Source: an uncultured archaeon
GTDB taxonomy: Archaea; Altiarchaeota; Altiarchaeia; IMC4; QMZM01
Assembly (NCBI GenBank): GCA_964549685.1
Contig: CAZJVE010000001.1
Span: 116,098 to 180,097, forward strand
Direction of reading: 5' to 3'
DNA length: 64,000 nucleotides
The translations under genes and the position numbers were made by a program. Below are positions 41,952 through 51,820 of this stretch, one piece after another. Numbering within the stretch: position 1 is the stretch's first letter; each line of letters opens with the position of its first letter. The notes below the pieces were generated by a model. It saw only the letters and a program-made list of their open reading frames with translations, did no database searches and was not told where the DNA came from.

Positions 41952-42200
41952 ATGGCGAGCAAATCTGAGGAGGGAAGGGTCAGCATCAGACTTGATGTGA
42001 TAAAGGACGTCATAGAAGACATTGACAGGAACCACGAGCTGCAGAAAATCTTTGGTTCCCCGGTCTCTGAGTCCCTGGTTATTGTTGCGGACAACAACGA
42101 CATCAGGGTAGAAGAGGGCGGGGCAATAAAGCTGACAAAGGCCGAGTGTAAGCGGTTTGCTGATGTCCTTAATGGGATTATAGAAAACAGCACGCTTTAA
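41952..42200 (+). CDS. Small hypothetical protein
   Basis: 82-aa ORF abutting the DUF167 gene. Confidence 0.6.
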   Translation: MASKSEEGRVSIRLDVIKDVIEDIDRNHELQKIFGSPVSESLVIVADNNDIRVEEGGAIKLTKAECKRFADVLNGIIENSTL

Positions 42201-42201
42201 G

Positions 42202-42492
42202 ATGTTCGAGTGCATGAGAGAGACCAAAGAGGGAGTCATTATAGAAATCTATGTGGTTCCCGGTTCTAAGAACGGTGGGTTTTCCTATGAATCCTGGGAA
42301 AAACGACTGAAGGTAAGGGTTTCTTCCCCCGCCGTTAAGGGAAAGGCAAACAGAGAGGTTGTTGCTATTTTCTCCGAGCTGTTCGGTAATTGTGAACTCG
42401 TTTCGGGACCGGGCTCGAGAAAGAAGAGTTTGTTGGTTGAGGGTAAGAATATGAAGGAGGTAAGTGAAATTCTGGGTTCTCTGGTGAATTAG
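42202..42492 (+). CDS. DUF167 (UPF0235) family protein
   Basis: V.PGS...LKV.V.SP...GKANRE...G..SRKK. Confidence 0.9.
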   Translation: MFECMRETKEGVIIEIYVVPGSKNGGFSYESWEKRLKVRVSSPAVKGKANREVVAIFSELFGNCELVSGPGSRKKSLLVEGKNMKEVSEILGSLVN

Positions 42493-42673
42493 GCATATTT
42501 ATTGATTGAATTCCAAGGAATATGAGAATTGTTTCAGATTCACTCGTCAAGAATATAACGCGTTCACGCTCATAGTTGTTTGCCTTAATGAGAAGGATAC
42601 CGGGGGTTAGCACTATTTCTTGGCTGTGATGCCTGAATAATTCCAAACACGTTTAAATTTTGAGGTGATTGAT

Positions 42674-43816
42674 ATGGCAAAAGCGCCAGCAGATACGGTA
42701 AAATACAACATATACGCGGACATTATCATAGACGGCGTGGTTGAGAAACCAGACGTCGTCGGAGCGATTTTCGGGCAGTCGGAAGGCCTGCTCGGAGAAG
42801 AGCTTGAACTGAGAGACTTGCAGAAGACCGGAAGAATAGGTCGGATAGAGGTTGATGTTTCAACAAAGGCAGGAAAGTCGACGGGAAAAGTTACGGTACC
42901 CTCCAGCCTGGATATGGTCGAGACGTCAATTATCGCTGCTGCGATAGAAGGAGTCGATAGGGTGGGTCCCTGTAACGCGAAAATAACGGTAAAAGACGTT
43001 GAAGATGCAAGAACTGCAAAGAGGAAGTCTGTGATTGATAGAGCAAAAGAGCTCCTGAAGAAGTTGATGGATGAGGAGATACCTGAAAGCGGTGAGCTAA
43101 CTGAAGAGGTCAAGAAGGCGGTTCAGTTGAGTGAAATTGGTGATTATAGAGGGCTTCCTGCGGGACCTACGATAAGCGGTGCTGAGAGCGTCATTCTTGT
43201 CGAGGGCAGAGCAGACGTGATAACTCTGTTAAAGGCAGGGATAAAGAATGCCGTTGCTGTTGGTGGTACAAACATTCCAAAGGCCATTGTGGACCTAAGC
43301 AAGGAAAAAACGACCATTGCCTTTCTGGACGGTGACCGCGGCGGTGAGATGATACTGAAGGAATTATCACAGGTTTCTGAGATTGATTTTGTAGCTAGGG
43401 CGCCGAGAGGGAAAGAGGTGGAGGAGTTGGGCAAGAAAGAAATAATAATGGCTCTGAGAAGGAAGGCCCCCCTAAGCCAGGTAAAGGGAAACAATAATAG
43501 AGCACCCGAAAAGGCCCACCCAAAATCGAAAGAGAGTAAAGACACGCGGCTCCTGTCTCTTTTGGGGGACGTAAAGGGAAAATTAACCGCAAGGCTATAT
43601 GACAGCAACCTGAACCAGATTACGGAGATTGAGATTAAGGACCTTATAGACTCCCTTGGTGGGGTGCAGCCATACTGTGTCGTTTTTGATGGCATCGTTA
43701 CCCAGAGGCTGATAGATGCTGCTGCATCAAGTAAGGTTAAGTGTGTTGTGGGCATAAACAAGTCATCAATCTCTAACACACGAGGAGTTCAGATTGTTAC
43801 TGAGAGGGATAAATAA
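42674..43816 (+). CDS. dnaG: Archaeal DnaG (TOPRIM; exosome-associated)
   Basis: GVVEKPDVVGAIFGQ.EGLLG, VEGRADV, DGDRGG. Confidence 0.96.
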   Translation: MAKAPADTVKYNIYADIIIDGVVEKPDVVGAIFGQSEGLLGEELELRDLQKTGRIGRIEVDVSTKAGKSTGKVTVPSSLDMVETSIIAAAIEGVDRVGPCNAKITVKDVEDARTAKRKSVIDRAKELLKKLMDEEIPESGELTEEVKKAVQLSEIGDYRGLPAGPTISGAESVILVEGRADVITLLKAGIKNAVAVGGTNIPKAIVDLSKEKTTIAFLDGDRGGEMILKELSQVSEIDFVARAPRGKEVEELGKKEIIMALRRKAPLSQVKGNNNRAPEKAHPKSKESKDTRLLSLLGDVKGKLTARLYDSNLNQITEIEIKDLIDSLGGVQPYCVVFDGIVTQRLIDAAASSKVKCVVGINKSSISNTRGVQIVTERDK

Positions 43817-43875
43817 TCCCTCTTCTTTTTTTCTATTTTTATCCGTCTGAATCTAACTTAATAGTGGGTTCAAAC

Positions 43876-45339
43876 ATGCGCCTTGAGAGCATAGATAGCA
43901 CCAGAGACGTTGAAATTGTAAGAGACCCAATGGCCAGGATTGTTGGGCAGAGTGGTGCTATAGAACGAGTCAAGGTCGCCATAAAACAGAGAAGACACCT
44001 GCTTCTTGTTGGTCCCCCCGGAATCGGGAAGTCTATGATTGCTCAGGCGATTGCCCTTTCCCTTCCAAAGCCAGAAGAGGAGATTCGTATTCTTCATAAC
44101 CCAGAGAATCTGGAGAGGCCAGTTCTCAAGGTTGTATCTGGAGGGGAGGCCAGGGAGGAAGAAGCGCCACCGTCTGCTGATGAGCGGACCGTTAGCCCGC
44201 AGTCTGTTCCGTCCTTTGTTGCGGAGCGCCTTGGCTTCCGATGCTTTGTTTGTGGAGCAATAAGCGGCGCACGGGAGCGGACGTGTCCCTCCTGCGGAGC
44301 AAACAAATATAAGAAATTCGCATGGAACCAGCAGAGCTCGCCCCTTGGGGAGATAATAACTGAGGTCTTTGAGATTGAGGGGGAGGGTCCCGAACTGGAG
44401 GTGAAAACAGTAACTGCCGGGCCCTCTGGAAAGGAACGCGTTGTGGTCTACCGCAGGACAGATGAGGGGAGGATTATGGTTCTGCAGGGGGGGGAGTTAG
44501 AGGGGCCGGCTCAAGAAAATGCTCCCCCGGCAACGAAGGTTCTGGTTCCACTTGGTAGGGCCCCGTTCGTTCGTGCTACTGGCGCCTCAGAGACCGAGCT
44601 TTTGGGCGATGTAAGGCACGATCCGTATGGTGGCCACCCAGAGATTGGGGCCCCCGCGTATCAAAGGGTTGTTCCTGGTGCGATACATGAGGCTCATGAG
44701 GGCGTTCTCTTCATAGACGAGCTGCCTTCCATGGAGCATTTGCAGGGCTTCATCCTGACCGCGATGCAGGAAAAGAAATTTCCAATTATTGGCAGAAATC
44801 CGCACTCCTCCGGGGCTTCGGTAAAGGTCGAGGCCGTGCCCTGCGACTTTGTTTTTGTGGGCGCGTGTAACACGCGGGAGCTTGCCGGGATGCTTCCTGC
44901 CCTGCGCTCCAGAATTGTTGGTTCGGGTTATGAAATATTGCTGGAGACTACGATGCCTGATTGTGAGGAGAACAAAATGGCTTTGGTCAGGTTTATTGCA
45001 CAGGAGATTGAATTGGACGGCAGAATCCCCCACGCCAGTAGGGGGGCCGTTGAGGAGATAATAAAGGTTGCCAGAAAGCGGGCATTAGAGATAGATGGTG
45101 TGAGAAACGCCCTCTCCCTTCGCCTTAGAGAGCTCGGGGGCCTGATACGGCTTGCGGGGGACATTGCCGTGTCTGAGGGCACGGAATTTATAGAAGGAAA
45201 GCACGTTAAGGAGGGCATCACGGAAACAAAGCCCATAGAACACCAGTTAAGGGAAAAATACGGCTCTGTTTGGAAGGGGCTGGAGCGCGATAGTTATATT
45301 GATTCTACCCAGGACCCCCGGCTTGAGGGTTATGGGTGA
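43876..45339 (+). CDS. Lon-related AAA+ ATPase lacking the protease domain
   Basis: GPPGIGKS, LLGDVRHDP, GAIHEAHEGVLFIDE, LRLRELGGL; CxxC...CxxC insert; no Lon Ser-Lys domain. Confidence 0.82.
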   Translation: MRLESIDSTRDVEIVRDPMARIVGQSGAIERVKVAIKQRRHLLLVGPPGIGKSMIAQAIALSLPKPEEEIRILHNPENLERPVLKVVSGGEAREEEAPPSADERTVSPQSVPSFVAERLGFRCFVCGAISGARERTCPSCGANKYKKFAWNQQSSPLGEIITEVFEIEGEGPELEVKTVTAGPSGKERVVVYRRTDEGRIMVLQGGELEGPAQENAPPATKVLVPLGRAPFVRATGASETELLGDVRHDPYGGHPEIGAPAYQRVVPGAIHEAHEGVLFIDELPSMEHLQGFILTAMQEKKFPIIGRNPHSSGASVKVEAVPCDFVFVGACNTRELAGMLPALRSRIVGSGYEILLETTMPDCEENKMALVRFIAQEIELDGRIPHASRGAVEEIIKVARKRALEIDGVRNALSLRLRELGGLIRLAGDIAVSEGTEFIEGKHVKEGITETKPIEHQLREKYGSVWKGLERDSYIDSTQDPRLEGYG

Positions 45340-45384
45340 GGGGGGACATTTCCGGTATTCTGGCGTGTCTTTGTTTTGGGTAGG

Positions 45385-45489
45385 AGTTAGGCACTACGTT
45401 CTGATTTCGGGGGCCCGAGTTAGGCACTACACTAAGGCATCAAAACTTAGGCACTACAAAACCAAAAGTAGAATAAGTTAGGCACTACA
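45385..45489 (+). repeat. Cluster of four AGTTAGGCACTAC(A) repeats
   Basis: Copies start at 45385, 45418, 45445, 45476; unrelated spacers. Confidence 0.92.
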
Positions 45490-45557
45490 TAAAAATAGAA
45501 TTGGTTGGGTGTCCTCTCAGATCAACGAATATTTAGACGCTGCGCGTTTCGGCTTAA

Positions 45558-45869
45558 CTATTCCTCGGCCGCTGCTTCCTCAGCACCGGCCACTACCAAT
45601 TTACCGAATTTCCCTGTGCTTACTTGGATTTCGCCGCGATACTCTTTCGCCCATCCATTCTCTATAACTATCTTGTCGTTTGCCTTTACTTGGTCCGCCT
45701 GTTCGTTCCAGAGGGTTAGGTTTATCTCGCCGGTTTCGTCCTTCGCCTTGGCGTTTGCCACTCGACCGGTGCCTCTAAAATTGGTAAACTCCCGTGGTTC
45801 CTCAACCTCAACTACCTCCACCTCAAGCACGTCAACGGGCTTGTTTGGCTGAACATCCTTTATCTGCAT
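45558..45869 (-). CDS. ssb: Single OB-fold single-stranded DNA-binding protein
   Basis: DETGEINLTLWNEQ...IENGW.KEYRG; acidic tail; GAGGT RBS. Confidence 0.88.
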   Translation of the reverse strand: MQIKDVQPNKPVDVLEVEVVEVEEPREFTNFRGTGRVANAKAKDETGEINLTLWNEQADQVKANDKIVIENGWAKEYRGEIQVSTGKFGKLVVAGAEEAAAEE

Positions 45870-45937
45870 TTTATATACCTCATGAAATAATAGATTTATG
45901 ATTTAGATGAGGAACTATATAAATGAGCCATTGGTTA

Positions 45938-46714
45938 CTATACTCCTATTTTAATCCTATTATTAATCTCTTTTAGAATAGCGATAGTAGATAGTGCTGC
46001 GAGATAGCTTGTTTTTGGGTTGTTAGGAGAGGGTAGGTTTTCCATCCTGACTTTGAATTCCCCAAACTCTCCTTTAACACGAATTTCATGAATGTTCCTC
46101 TCCACACCCGGGTCCGCTATTATTCTTAGTTTCGTTTTATCAAACCCTATGCCTGCCAAAGAGAGGGTGGCAGCAACATTAACGTTTTTTGGGAATTTTT
46201 TGATTCCCTCTCTTGCAGAACCATCATAGAGCACGGTTTCTTTGTCGGTTGTAGTGCCTAACTCTGCCGGGGGCTTCCGCGTTGTCAATTCAACCGAGTC
46301 GATTCCCTTGGCTTTGGCTGCCTTTATCCCATCCAAACCAGCAACCGCCCCGGAGGGAAGATAGACCGTGCTTTTGTTTTTATTGCTGCTCTCCACCAGC
46401 CCGTTAAACACCGTTTCATCAGCAAGGGCACCGACACTCATTATAATCAAGCCCCGGCCGGAATTCAGAACCCCCACCCCATATTCCTTCACCGCGTCCT
46501 GCGACGCCGCCTCAACTATCAAATCAGTGCCCTGGAGCAGGCCCTCGAAGGAGCCTGCAACGCTTGGTTTCCTACTCAACGACTCTGCTAATCCTCTGGC
46601 TCGCTCGGCGTCCTGGTCAAAGACGGCAACCAGGCTGCAATTAACCTCTCCGTTATCAATTGCCTCGGCCAGAATTCTGCCGATGTTCCCGCAACCAAGG
46701 AGGCCGATTCTCAT
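45938..46714 (-). CDS. nadX: L-aspartate dehydrogenase
   Basis: GCGNIG, VEAASQ, MSVGAL, PSGAVAGLD, FPKNVNVAA, NPKTS. Confidence 0.93.
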   Translation of the reverse strand: MRIGLLGCGNIGRILAEAIDNGEVNCSLVAVFDQDAERARGLAESLSRKPSVAGSFEGLLQGTDLIVEAASQDAVKEYGVGVLNSGRGLIIMSVGALADETVFNGLVESSNKNKSTVYLPSGAVAGLDGIKAAKAKGIDSVELTTRKPPAELGTTTDKETVLYDGSAREGIKKFPKNVNVAATLSLAGIGFDKTKLRIIADPGVERNIHEIRVKGEFGEFKVRMENLPSPNNPKTSYLAALSTIAILKEINNRIKIGV

Positions 46715-46731
46715 CTTCTTCCCTTCCCTAC

Positions 46732-47547
46732 TTATCTCCTTATCCATAACTGCACCCTGATTAGAATATACAAGAGGAAAAAGATAAAAGAGAGCACCAG
46801 GACGCGTAGTTTTGACACCGGCCGCGCCTGAGTCAAACCACCGGCATCAAAAAACTTCCCCCGTTCAATATCCTCGACATACTTGAGAATTCCCCTCTTA
46901 TGTCCTGCACCAACAATGGCCAGGATTTTCTTATCCGGGTTATTTGCCTGGAGCTGGTGGAGCGACAGGGCCATGTACCTGTCTCTTTCATCAACCAGAG
47001 CACCGTAAAGGCGGGGCAGCCGGCGTCTGACAACACCCATAACCTTTTCAATATTCTCCTCCTCAAGGATGCTGCTCAAATCGTTCCCGAACAGGTCCCC
47101 AAAGACCAACGCCTCCTCCTTACCGAGACGCGCCATCCTTAGAATCTCCCTGAACGGAATATTGACAAGCCTGCTGACGGTAACCTCAATATCCCTGTCA
47201 ATCAGCGCTGTTCCTGCACCGATTTCATTGGAGAACTGAATAGCAGCGAACATATCTGAGCCCGGCGGAAGCCCATACCTCTTTCCAATATCCTGCTGAA
47301 TCAAAGCGAGAATTCCACCCAGGAATACAAGAAACGACCCCCCTCTCACCACATCGGCTATTATGCTGCCCGCGCTTTTCTGTGCCCCGCCCTGGTAGAA
47401 ACCAGCACCTTGCGATTCTATTACCCGGAATCTCTTTTCACACAGCTCAAGAGCAACGATGTCCGGTCTCTCATCAAAGACGGCCTCCCTGACGCCCTCA
47501 ACACTCCTCTCCAGAATGTGCCCCGTCCCGACGATTTTTATATTCAT
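46732..47547 (-). CDS. TraB/PrgY (TIKI-like) family protein
   Basis: GTGHI, PD.VALELC..R, PGSDM, IDR, LVDERD, VGAGH. Confidence 0.87.
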   Translation of the reverse strand: MNIKIVGTGHILERSVEGVREAVFDERPDIVALELCEKRFRVIESQGAGFYQGGAQKSAGSIIADVVRGGSFLVFLGGILALIQQDIGKRYGLPPGSDMFAAIQFSNEIGAGTALIDRDIEVTVSRLVNIPFREILRMARLGKEEALVFGDLFGNDLSSILEEENIEKVMGVVRRRLPRLYGALVDERDRYMALSLHQLQANNPDKKILAIVGAGHKRGILKYVEDIERGKFFDAGGLTQARPVSKLRVLVLSFIFFLLYILIRVQLWIRR

Positions 47548-47611
47548 CCTTACATAATTAAATACACGAAATTTAAATGGTTGGACAAAATCAACTAATT
47601 GGAGGGATAAA

Positions 47612-47905
47612 ATGAGCAGGAGACTATCACAATTCTATGGGATGGACATATATACGGAACAGGCAGAGTACGTGGGTAAGGTGGAGGACGTTATTCTAAA
47701 TCTGGACAAGGGCGAGATTATGCGTCTCACGCTCCGGTCATTCAAGACCAGAAGGATACCAAGCGAGGACGTGAGGAAGATTCTCCAGGAAGAGAGCATT
47801 GGATACCCCGATATAGAGCGGGTCGCTGACATAATAATATGCAAAAAAGACCCCCGGAAGTCAAAGAAGCGGGAGAAGATTCCAACCCTAGAGGCGGCAG
47901 AATAA
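47612..47905 (+). CDS. PRC-barrel protein (CdpB-like)
   Basis: LS..YG.DIYT....YVGKVEDVIL...V.DIII. Confidence 0.85.
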   Translation: MSRRLSQFYGMDIYTEQAEYVGKVEDVILNLDKGEIMRLTLRSFKTRRIPSEDVRKILQEESIGYPDIERVADIIICKKDPRKSKKREKIPTLEAAE

Positions 47906-47920
47906 TCCCGCCAAATCAGG

Positions 47921-48469
47921 ATGGATATGATTCAATTGAGAGAAAACCTTCTAGAGCTGATTAAAACAGAGGCACTCTCTAATCAACCAGTCAAACTTTC
48001 TTCTGGGAAAGAGAGCAGCTACTATATCGACTGTCGGCTCGTTACTTTGAACCCGGCGGGCTCGCTGGCGATTGCCGAGATTCTCTTCGATATGTTAGCC
48101 GACGACGAGATTGATGCATTCGGTGGTCCGACGCTTGGAGCTGACCCCATATGTGGTTCTCTGGCAGCACTAAGCCAGCAGAAAGGAAAACCACTCCCAT
48201 CATTCATTATACGGAAAGAGCCCAAGGCCCACGGCAAGGGCAAATGGATTGAGGGCCCGCTGAAAACCGACTCTAGAGTCGCAATCTTCGATGACGTTGC
48301 AACAAGCGGCGGCTCCCTACTGAAGGCCATAAAGGCAGTAGAAGAGATGGGCTGCAAGGTGGCGAGAGTCATTGTTCTGGTGGACCGGGGGGAGGGGGCG
48401 AAAGAGAAGCTGGCCGAAGAAGGCCACAGCCTTGAGGCAATATTCACAAAAGAAGACCTCGGGGTCTGA
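47921..48469 (+). CDS. pyrE: Orotate phosphoribosyltransferase
   Basis: LSSG..S.YYID, RKE.K.HG, DDVATSGGS. Confidence 0.95.
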   Translation: MDMIQLRENLLELIKTEALSNQPVKLSSGKESSYYIDCRLVTLNPAGSLAIAEILFDMLADDEIDAFGGPTLGADPICGSLAALSQQKGKPLPSFIIRKEPKAHGKGKWIEGPLKTDSRVAIFDDVATSGGSLLKAIKAVEEMGCKVARVIVLVDRGEGAKEKLAEEGHSLEAIFTKEDLGV

Positions 48470-48471
48470 AA

Positions 48472-49311
48472 ATGAACCATGCTGCTCTGAAGAAACGACT
48501 TCGGGAGATGGTCCACGAGGACGCTGGGGCCGGGGACATAACAACGGCGCTCGTTCCAAACAAGAAAGCCAGGGCAGAGATTGTGGCGAAGGAGCCATGC
48601 ATCGTTGCAGGAACCAAAGAACTGAATTCATTATTTTCTTTATTTAATATAAAAATTACGAAGTCTACCAAAGACGGAGCAAGGGTGAGAAAGGGCCAGC
48701 GAATTCTTTCTCTTTCTGGGAATTCCCACGACATTCTTGTTGTTGAGAGAACGGCGCTCAATATTCTATCAAGAATGAGCGGAATTGCCTCATTGACAGC
48801 AGAGGTTCTGAAAGAGGCAAGGAAGGGCAGCCCCAAAATAAGGATTGCGGCAACAAGAAAGACAACCCCCCTCTTCGGATATTTCGAGAAGAAGGCAATA
48901 AAGGCCGCCGGGGGAGAAACACACCGCATGGGTCTGTGGGACATGGTTCTTATCAAGGACAACCACCTTGGGTTCTTTGGGGGCATAACTGAGGCAGTAC
49001 GGGCAGCAAAGCGAGGCAGGCCCCGCAACGACAGGATTGAGATTGAGGCCTCAAACCCGAAAGAGGCGTTGGAAGCGGCAAAGGCCGGGGCGGACATAAT
49101 TATGCTCGACAACTTCACGCCGAGGGCGATAGGGAAAACGATATCGCTGCTGAAGGAGAATAAACTAAGGAAGGGAACCGTCCTTGAGGCCTCCGGCGGC
49201 ATAACGAAGAAAAGCATCAGGGCTTACGCAAAGACAGGCGTTGATGTAATCTCGCTCGGGATGCTCACGCACTCGGCAAAGGCGAAGGACTTCTCGCTGA
49301 GAATAATATAA
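48472..49311 (+). CDS. nadC: Quinolinate phosphoribosyltransferase
   Basis: GDITT, TRKTTP, HRMGL..LIKDNH, DIIMLDN, EASGG. Confidence 0.96.
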   Translation: MNHAALKKRLREMVHEDAGAGDITTALVPNKKARAEIVAKEPCIVAGTKELNSLFSLFNIKITKSTKDGARVRKGQRILSLSGNSHDILVVERTALNILSRMSGIASLTAEVLKEARKGSPKIRIAATRKTTPLFGYFEKKAIKAAGGETHRMGLWDMVLIKDNHLGFFGGITEAVRAAKRGRPRNDRIEIEASNPKEALEAAKAGADIIMLDNFTPRAIGKTISLLKENKLRKGTVLEASGGITKKSIRAYAKTGVDVISLGMLTHSAKAKDFSLRII

Positions 49312-49312
49312 A

Positions 49313-49621
49313 ATGTTCCGTCTTGTGTACATAACCTGCGGCGGCAATGAGGAAGCGGAAAGGATTTCCGACGCTCTCGTTAAGGAGAAGCTTGCAGCAT
49401 GCGTGAATTTCTTCCCAATAAACTCCGTATTTGAATGGGAAGGGGAAATAAAACAGGAAAAGGAGTTCGCCATGCTCTGCAAAACGACGCAGGACAAAAT
49501 CCCCCAACTAAAGAAAAGGGTGAAGGAGATTCACAGCTATGAGATTCCCGCAATCCTCATTATAGAAATAAAAGAGGGAAACGAGGAATTCCTTAGGTGG
49601 GTTGATAAGTGCCTGGAATAG
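49313..49621 (+). CDS. cutA: Divalent-cation tolerance protein CutA
   Basis: KLAACVN...S...WEG...HSYE.P. Confidence 0.94.
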   Translation: MFRLVYITCGGNEEAERISDALVKEKLAACVNFFPINSVFEWEGEIKQEKEFAMLCKTTQDKIPQLKKRVKEIHSYEIPAILIIEIKEGNEEFLRWVDKCLE

Positions 49622-49623
49622 TT

Positions 49624-49715
49624 TGTAGTGCCTAACTCTGCAGTGGTGTGGTGCTTAACCTTTGGTGCTGTTTTGTAGTGCCTAACTTTATTATGCCGTG
49701 TTGTAGTGCCTAACT
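49624..49715 (-). repeat. Inverted cluster of four AGTTAGGCACTACA repeats (one degenerate)
   Basis: TGTAGTGCCTAACT at 49624, 49674, 49702; TGTGGTGCTTAACC at 49647. Confidence 0.92.
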
Positions 49716-49736
49716 TTCTAGAACCGCAACACACAA

Positions 49737-50315
49737 CTACTCTCTGAGAACCTTCCCGGACCGCAAATCAATAACCTTCGACGGCTTCCCCACCCTGCAC
49801 GGCCCGGAGTCGATAACGAGATCTGCTCCATCCTTTATCCTATCAGAAATCTCCTCGACGCTGGTGGGGGGCGCCTCACCAGAGGCATTCGCTGAGGTGG
49901 TTATTATTGGAACCCCCGCGGCATCGACGACTCTCCTCAATGCTGCGTGGTTGGGAATCCTCACCCCAACCGTGTCCTTACCAGCAGTAACGGCATCGGG
50001 AATTCTAGATTTTTTCTTTAAAATGAACGTGTATGGTTTACCAATATTATCAAGTATGAATTTTCTCTCCCCCACACCGACAACTGCGTACTCCTCAACC
50101 ATCTCGATGCTGGAGAAGGCAACGGACAGCGGCATGTCTCTACTCCTCTTCTTAATCTCAAAAACCCTCTCTACGCCGGGGGATTCTATGGAGCAACCGA
50201 GTCCATAGACGGTATCTGTCGGATATACAATAAGCTTACCCGCCCTCAAAAACTCCGCAGCGCATAGAATCTTATCCTCTTCAGGGTTATCTGGAGAAAT
50301 TCTTAGAATCTTCAT
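49737..50315 (-). CDS. tsaC: Threonylcarbamoyl-AMP synthase (TsaC/Sua5 YrdC domain)
   Basis: PTDTVYGL, K.R....P, VGVRIP, TSANASG. Confidence 0.93.
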   Translation of the reverse strand: MKILRISPDNPEEDKILCAAEFLRAGKLIVYPTDTVYGLGCSIESPGVERVFEIKKRSRDMPLSVAFSSIEMVEEYAVVGVGERKFILDNIGKPYTFILKKKSRIPDAVTAGKDTVGVRIPNHAALRRVVDAAGVPIITTSANASGEAPPTSVEEISDRIKDGADLVIDSGPCRVGKPSKVIDLRSGKVLRE

Positions 50316-50338
50316 GTTGACTGTGGCAGACCAAGGGT

Positions 50339-50497
50339 CTACGGTCCTTTAAAGCCGCACTTTTCACACACATACGGTGTACCAAGCCCTCTGCATGACT
50401 TGCACCGTATCATCTCGGTCTCGCCGCACTGGGGGCACTTAAATTCAACAAACTTCTGCCTTACCTCTGTTCCGCAACTGCTACATAATTTGACCAT
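50339..50497 (-). CDS. Small zinc-finger protein (DUF1610/HVO_2753-like)
   Basis: CSSC...F.CPQCG...RC..CR....Y.CEKCGFKGP. Confidence 0.88.
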   Translation of the reverse strand: MVKLCSSCGTEVRQKFVEFKCPQCGETEMIRCKSCRGLGTPYVCEKCGFKGP

Positions 50498-50545
50498 CGT
50501 TTTGTGGATATTTGTATTCGATTGAATATTAATATAATATAGAGA

Positions 50546-51820
50546 ATGCGAAAACCCATCCCAAAACCAGGAACCCCGGTAGAGATAAAAACCAAGGAGA
50601 AGACATACGAGGGGATTCTTATGGAGCGGCCCGCCTTGGCCAAGGACAAGTTCGTGGTAATAAAGCTGGAGAGCGGCTACAATGTCGGCATAAAGGAGAA
50701 GAAAATCGATAGCATCAAACCCATCAAGAAGAAGATAAAAAAGGACGCCTTCAAACCCGCCAGGCACAGAAGGGACCCGAAAAAACCCGACATATCAATC
50801 CTTGCAACCGGCGGAACAATAGCCAGCAGGGTTGACTATCTTACTGGGGGTGTACATTCAGCCTTTTCAGCAGAGGAACTAATCTCTGCTGTGCCTGAGC
50901 TGGAGGAGATTGCAAACCTCTCCGGAAGGCAGCTCTTCAACAAGTTCTCGGAGAACATGCAGCCAGAGGACTGGGTTAAAACCGCAAAGGAGACCGCAAA
51001 GGAGATAAAGAAGAAATCCGCTGGAGTGGTCATCACCCACGGAACAGACACGATGCACTATACCTCAGCAGCATTAGCTTTCATGCTGAAAACCCCGGTT
51101 CCTGTCGTCATCACTGGTGCACAGAGGAGCTCCGACAGGGGCTCAAGCGACGCTGCCTTTAATCTGATAAATTCTGCAAGGGTCGCAGCCAACGGAGAAT
51201 TCGCAGAGGTGTGCGTTGTCATGCATGCAGAACCCTCAGATTCACACTGCCTAATCCATCCCGCAACAAAGGCAAGAAAGCTGCACTCCAGCAGGAGGGA
51301 TGCATTCAGGAGTGTGAATTCACAGCCCCTTGGAAGGATTTCAGAAGAAGGAATAGAATTCTTCCAGGAGATGAATAAAGGAAATAAACTGGAACTGGAC
51401 ACGAAACTGGAGGAGAAGGTGTCCTTACTAAAATACCACCCAGGAATGGATTCTAAAATAATTGATAATTTAATAAAGGAAAATTACAAGGGAATTCTCA
51501 TTGAGGGCACTGGCCTTGGCCACACCAGTGAGGCCCTTTTCGATTCGATAGAGAACGCAATAAACTCTGGAGTTGCTGTTGCAATGACATCCCAGACGAT
51601 ATTCGGCACCGTAAACATGAACGTCTACTCCACCGGCAGGAAGCTCCTCGACATGGGAGTAATTGCGTGTGGGGACATGCTCAGCGAAACAGCCTACGTA
51701 AAGCTGATGTTCGTCCTAGGGCATACAAAGAAACAGGACAAGGCTAGGGAGATGATGCTAGCGAATTACGCGAGGGAGCTCACAGAGGGATGTGGGGTCG
51801 ACCCCCCGGACCTATACTAA
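50546..51820 (+). CDS. gatD: Glutamyl-tRNA(Gln) amidotransferase subunit D
   Basis: KLESGYNVG, TGGTIASRVDY.TG, HGTDT, QRSSDR. Confidence 0.96.
   Translation: MRKPIPKPGTPVEIKTKEKTYEGILMERPALAKDKFVVIKLESGYNVGIKEKKIDSIKPIKKKIKKDAFKPARHRRDPKKPDISILATGGTIASRVDYLTGGVHSAFSAEELISAVPELEEIANLSGRQLFNKFSENMQPEDWVKTAKETAKEIKKKSAGVVITHGTDTMHYTSAALAFMLKTPVPVVITGAQRSSDRGSSDAAFNLINSARVAANGEFAEVCVVMHAEPSDSHCLIHPATKARKLHSSRRDAFRSVNSQPLGRISEEGIEFFQEMNKGNKLELDTKLEEKVSLLKYHPGMDSKIIDNLIKENYKGILIEGTGLGHTSEALFDSIENAINSGVAVAMTSQTIFGTVNMNVYSTGRKLLDMGVIACGDMLSETAYVKLMFVLGHTKKQDKAREMMLANYARELTEGCGVDPPDLY

Noticed and set aside
41723-42193. 156-aa minus-strand ORF over the tRNA and hairpin element
   Set aside because: Antisense to tRNA-Arg and a plus-strand gene; no recognisable motifs
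42365-42646. 93-aa minus-strand ORF upstream of dnaG
   Set aside because: Non-ATG start, overlaps the DUF167 gene, no family resemblance
45901-45924. ATTTAGAT...ATATAAAT as a XerA dif site
   Set aside because: Weak palindrome, better explained as the ssb TATA box on the minus strand
45385-49715. Repeat clusters as mini-CRISPR arrays linked to cas4
   Set aside because: Repeats are only 14 bp, spacers are 9-19 nt and irregular, copies also lie inside genes, and cas1/cas2 are absent
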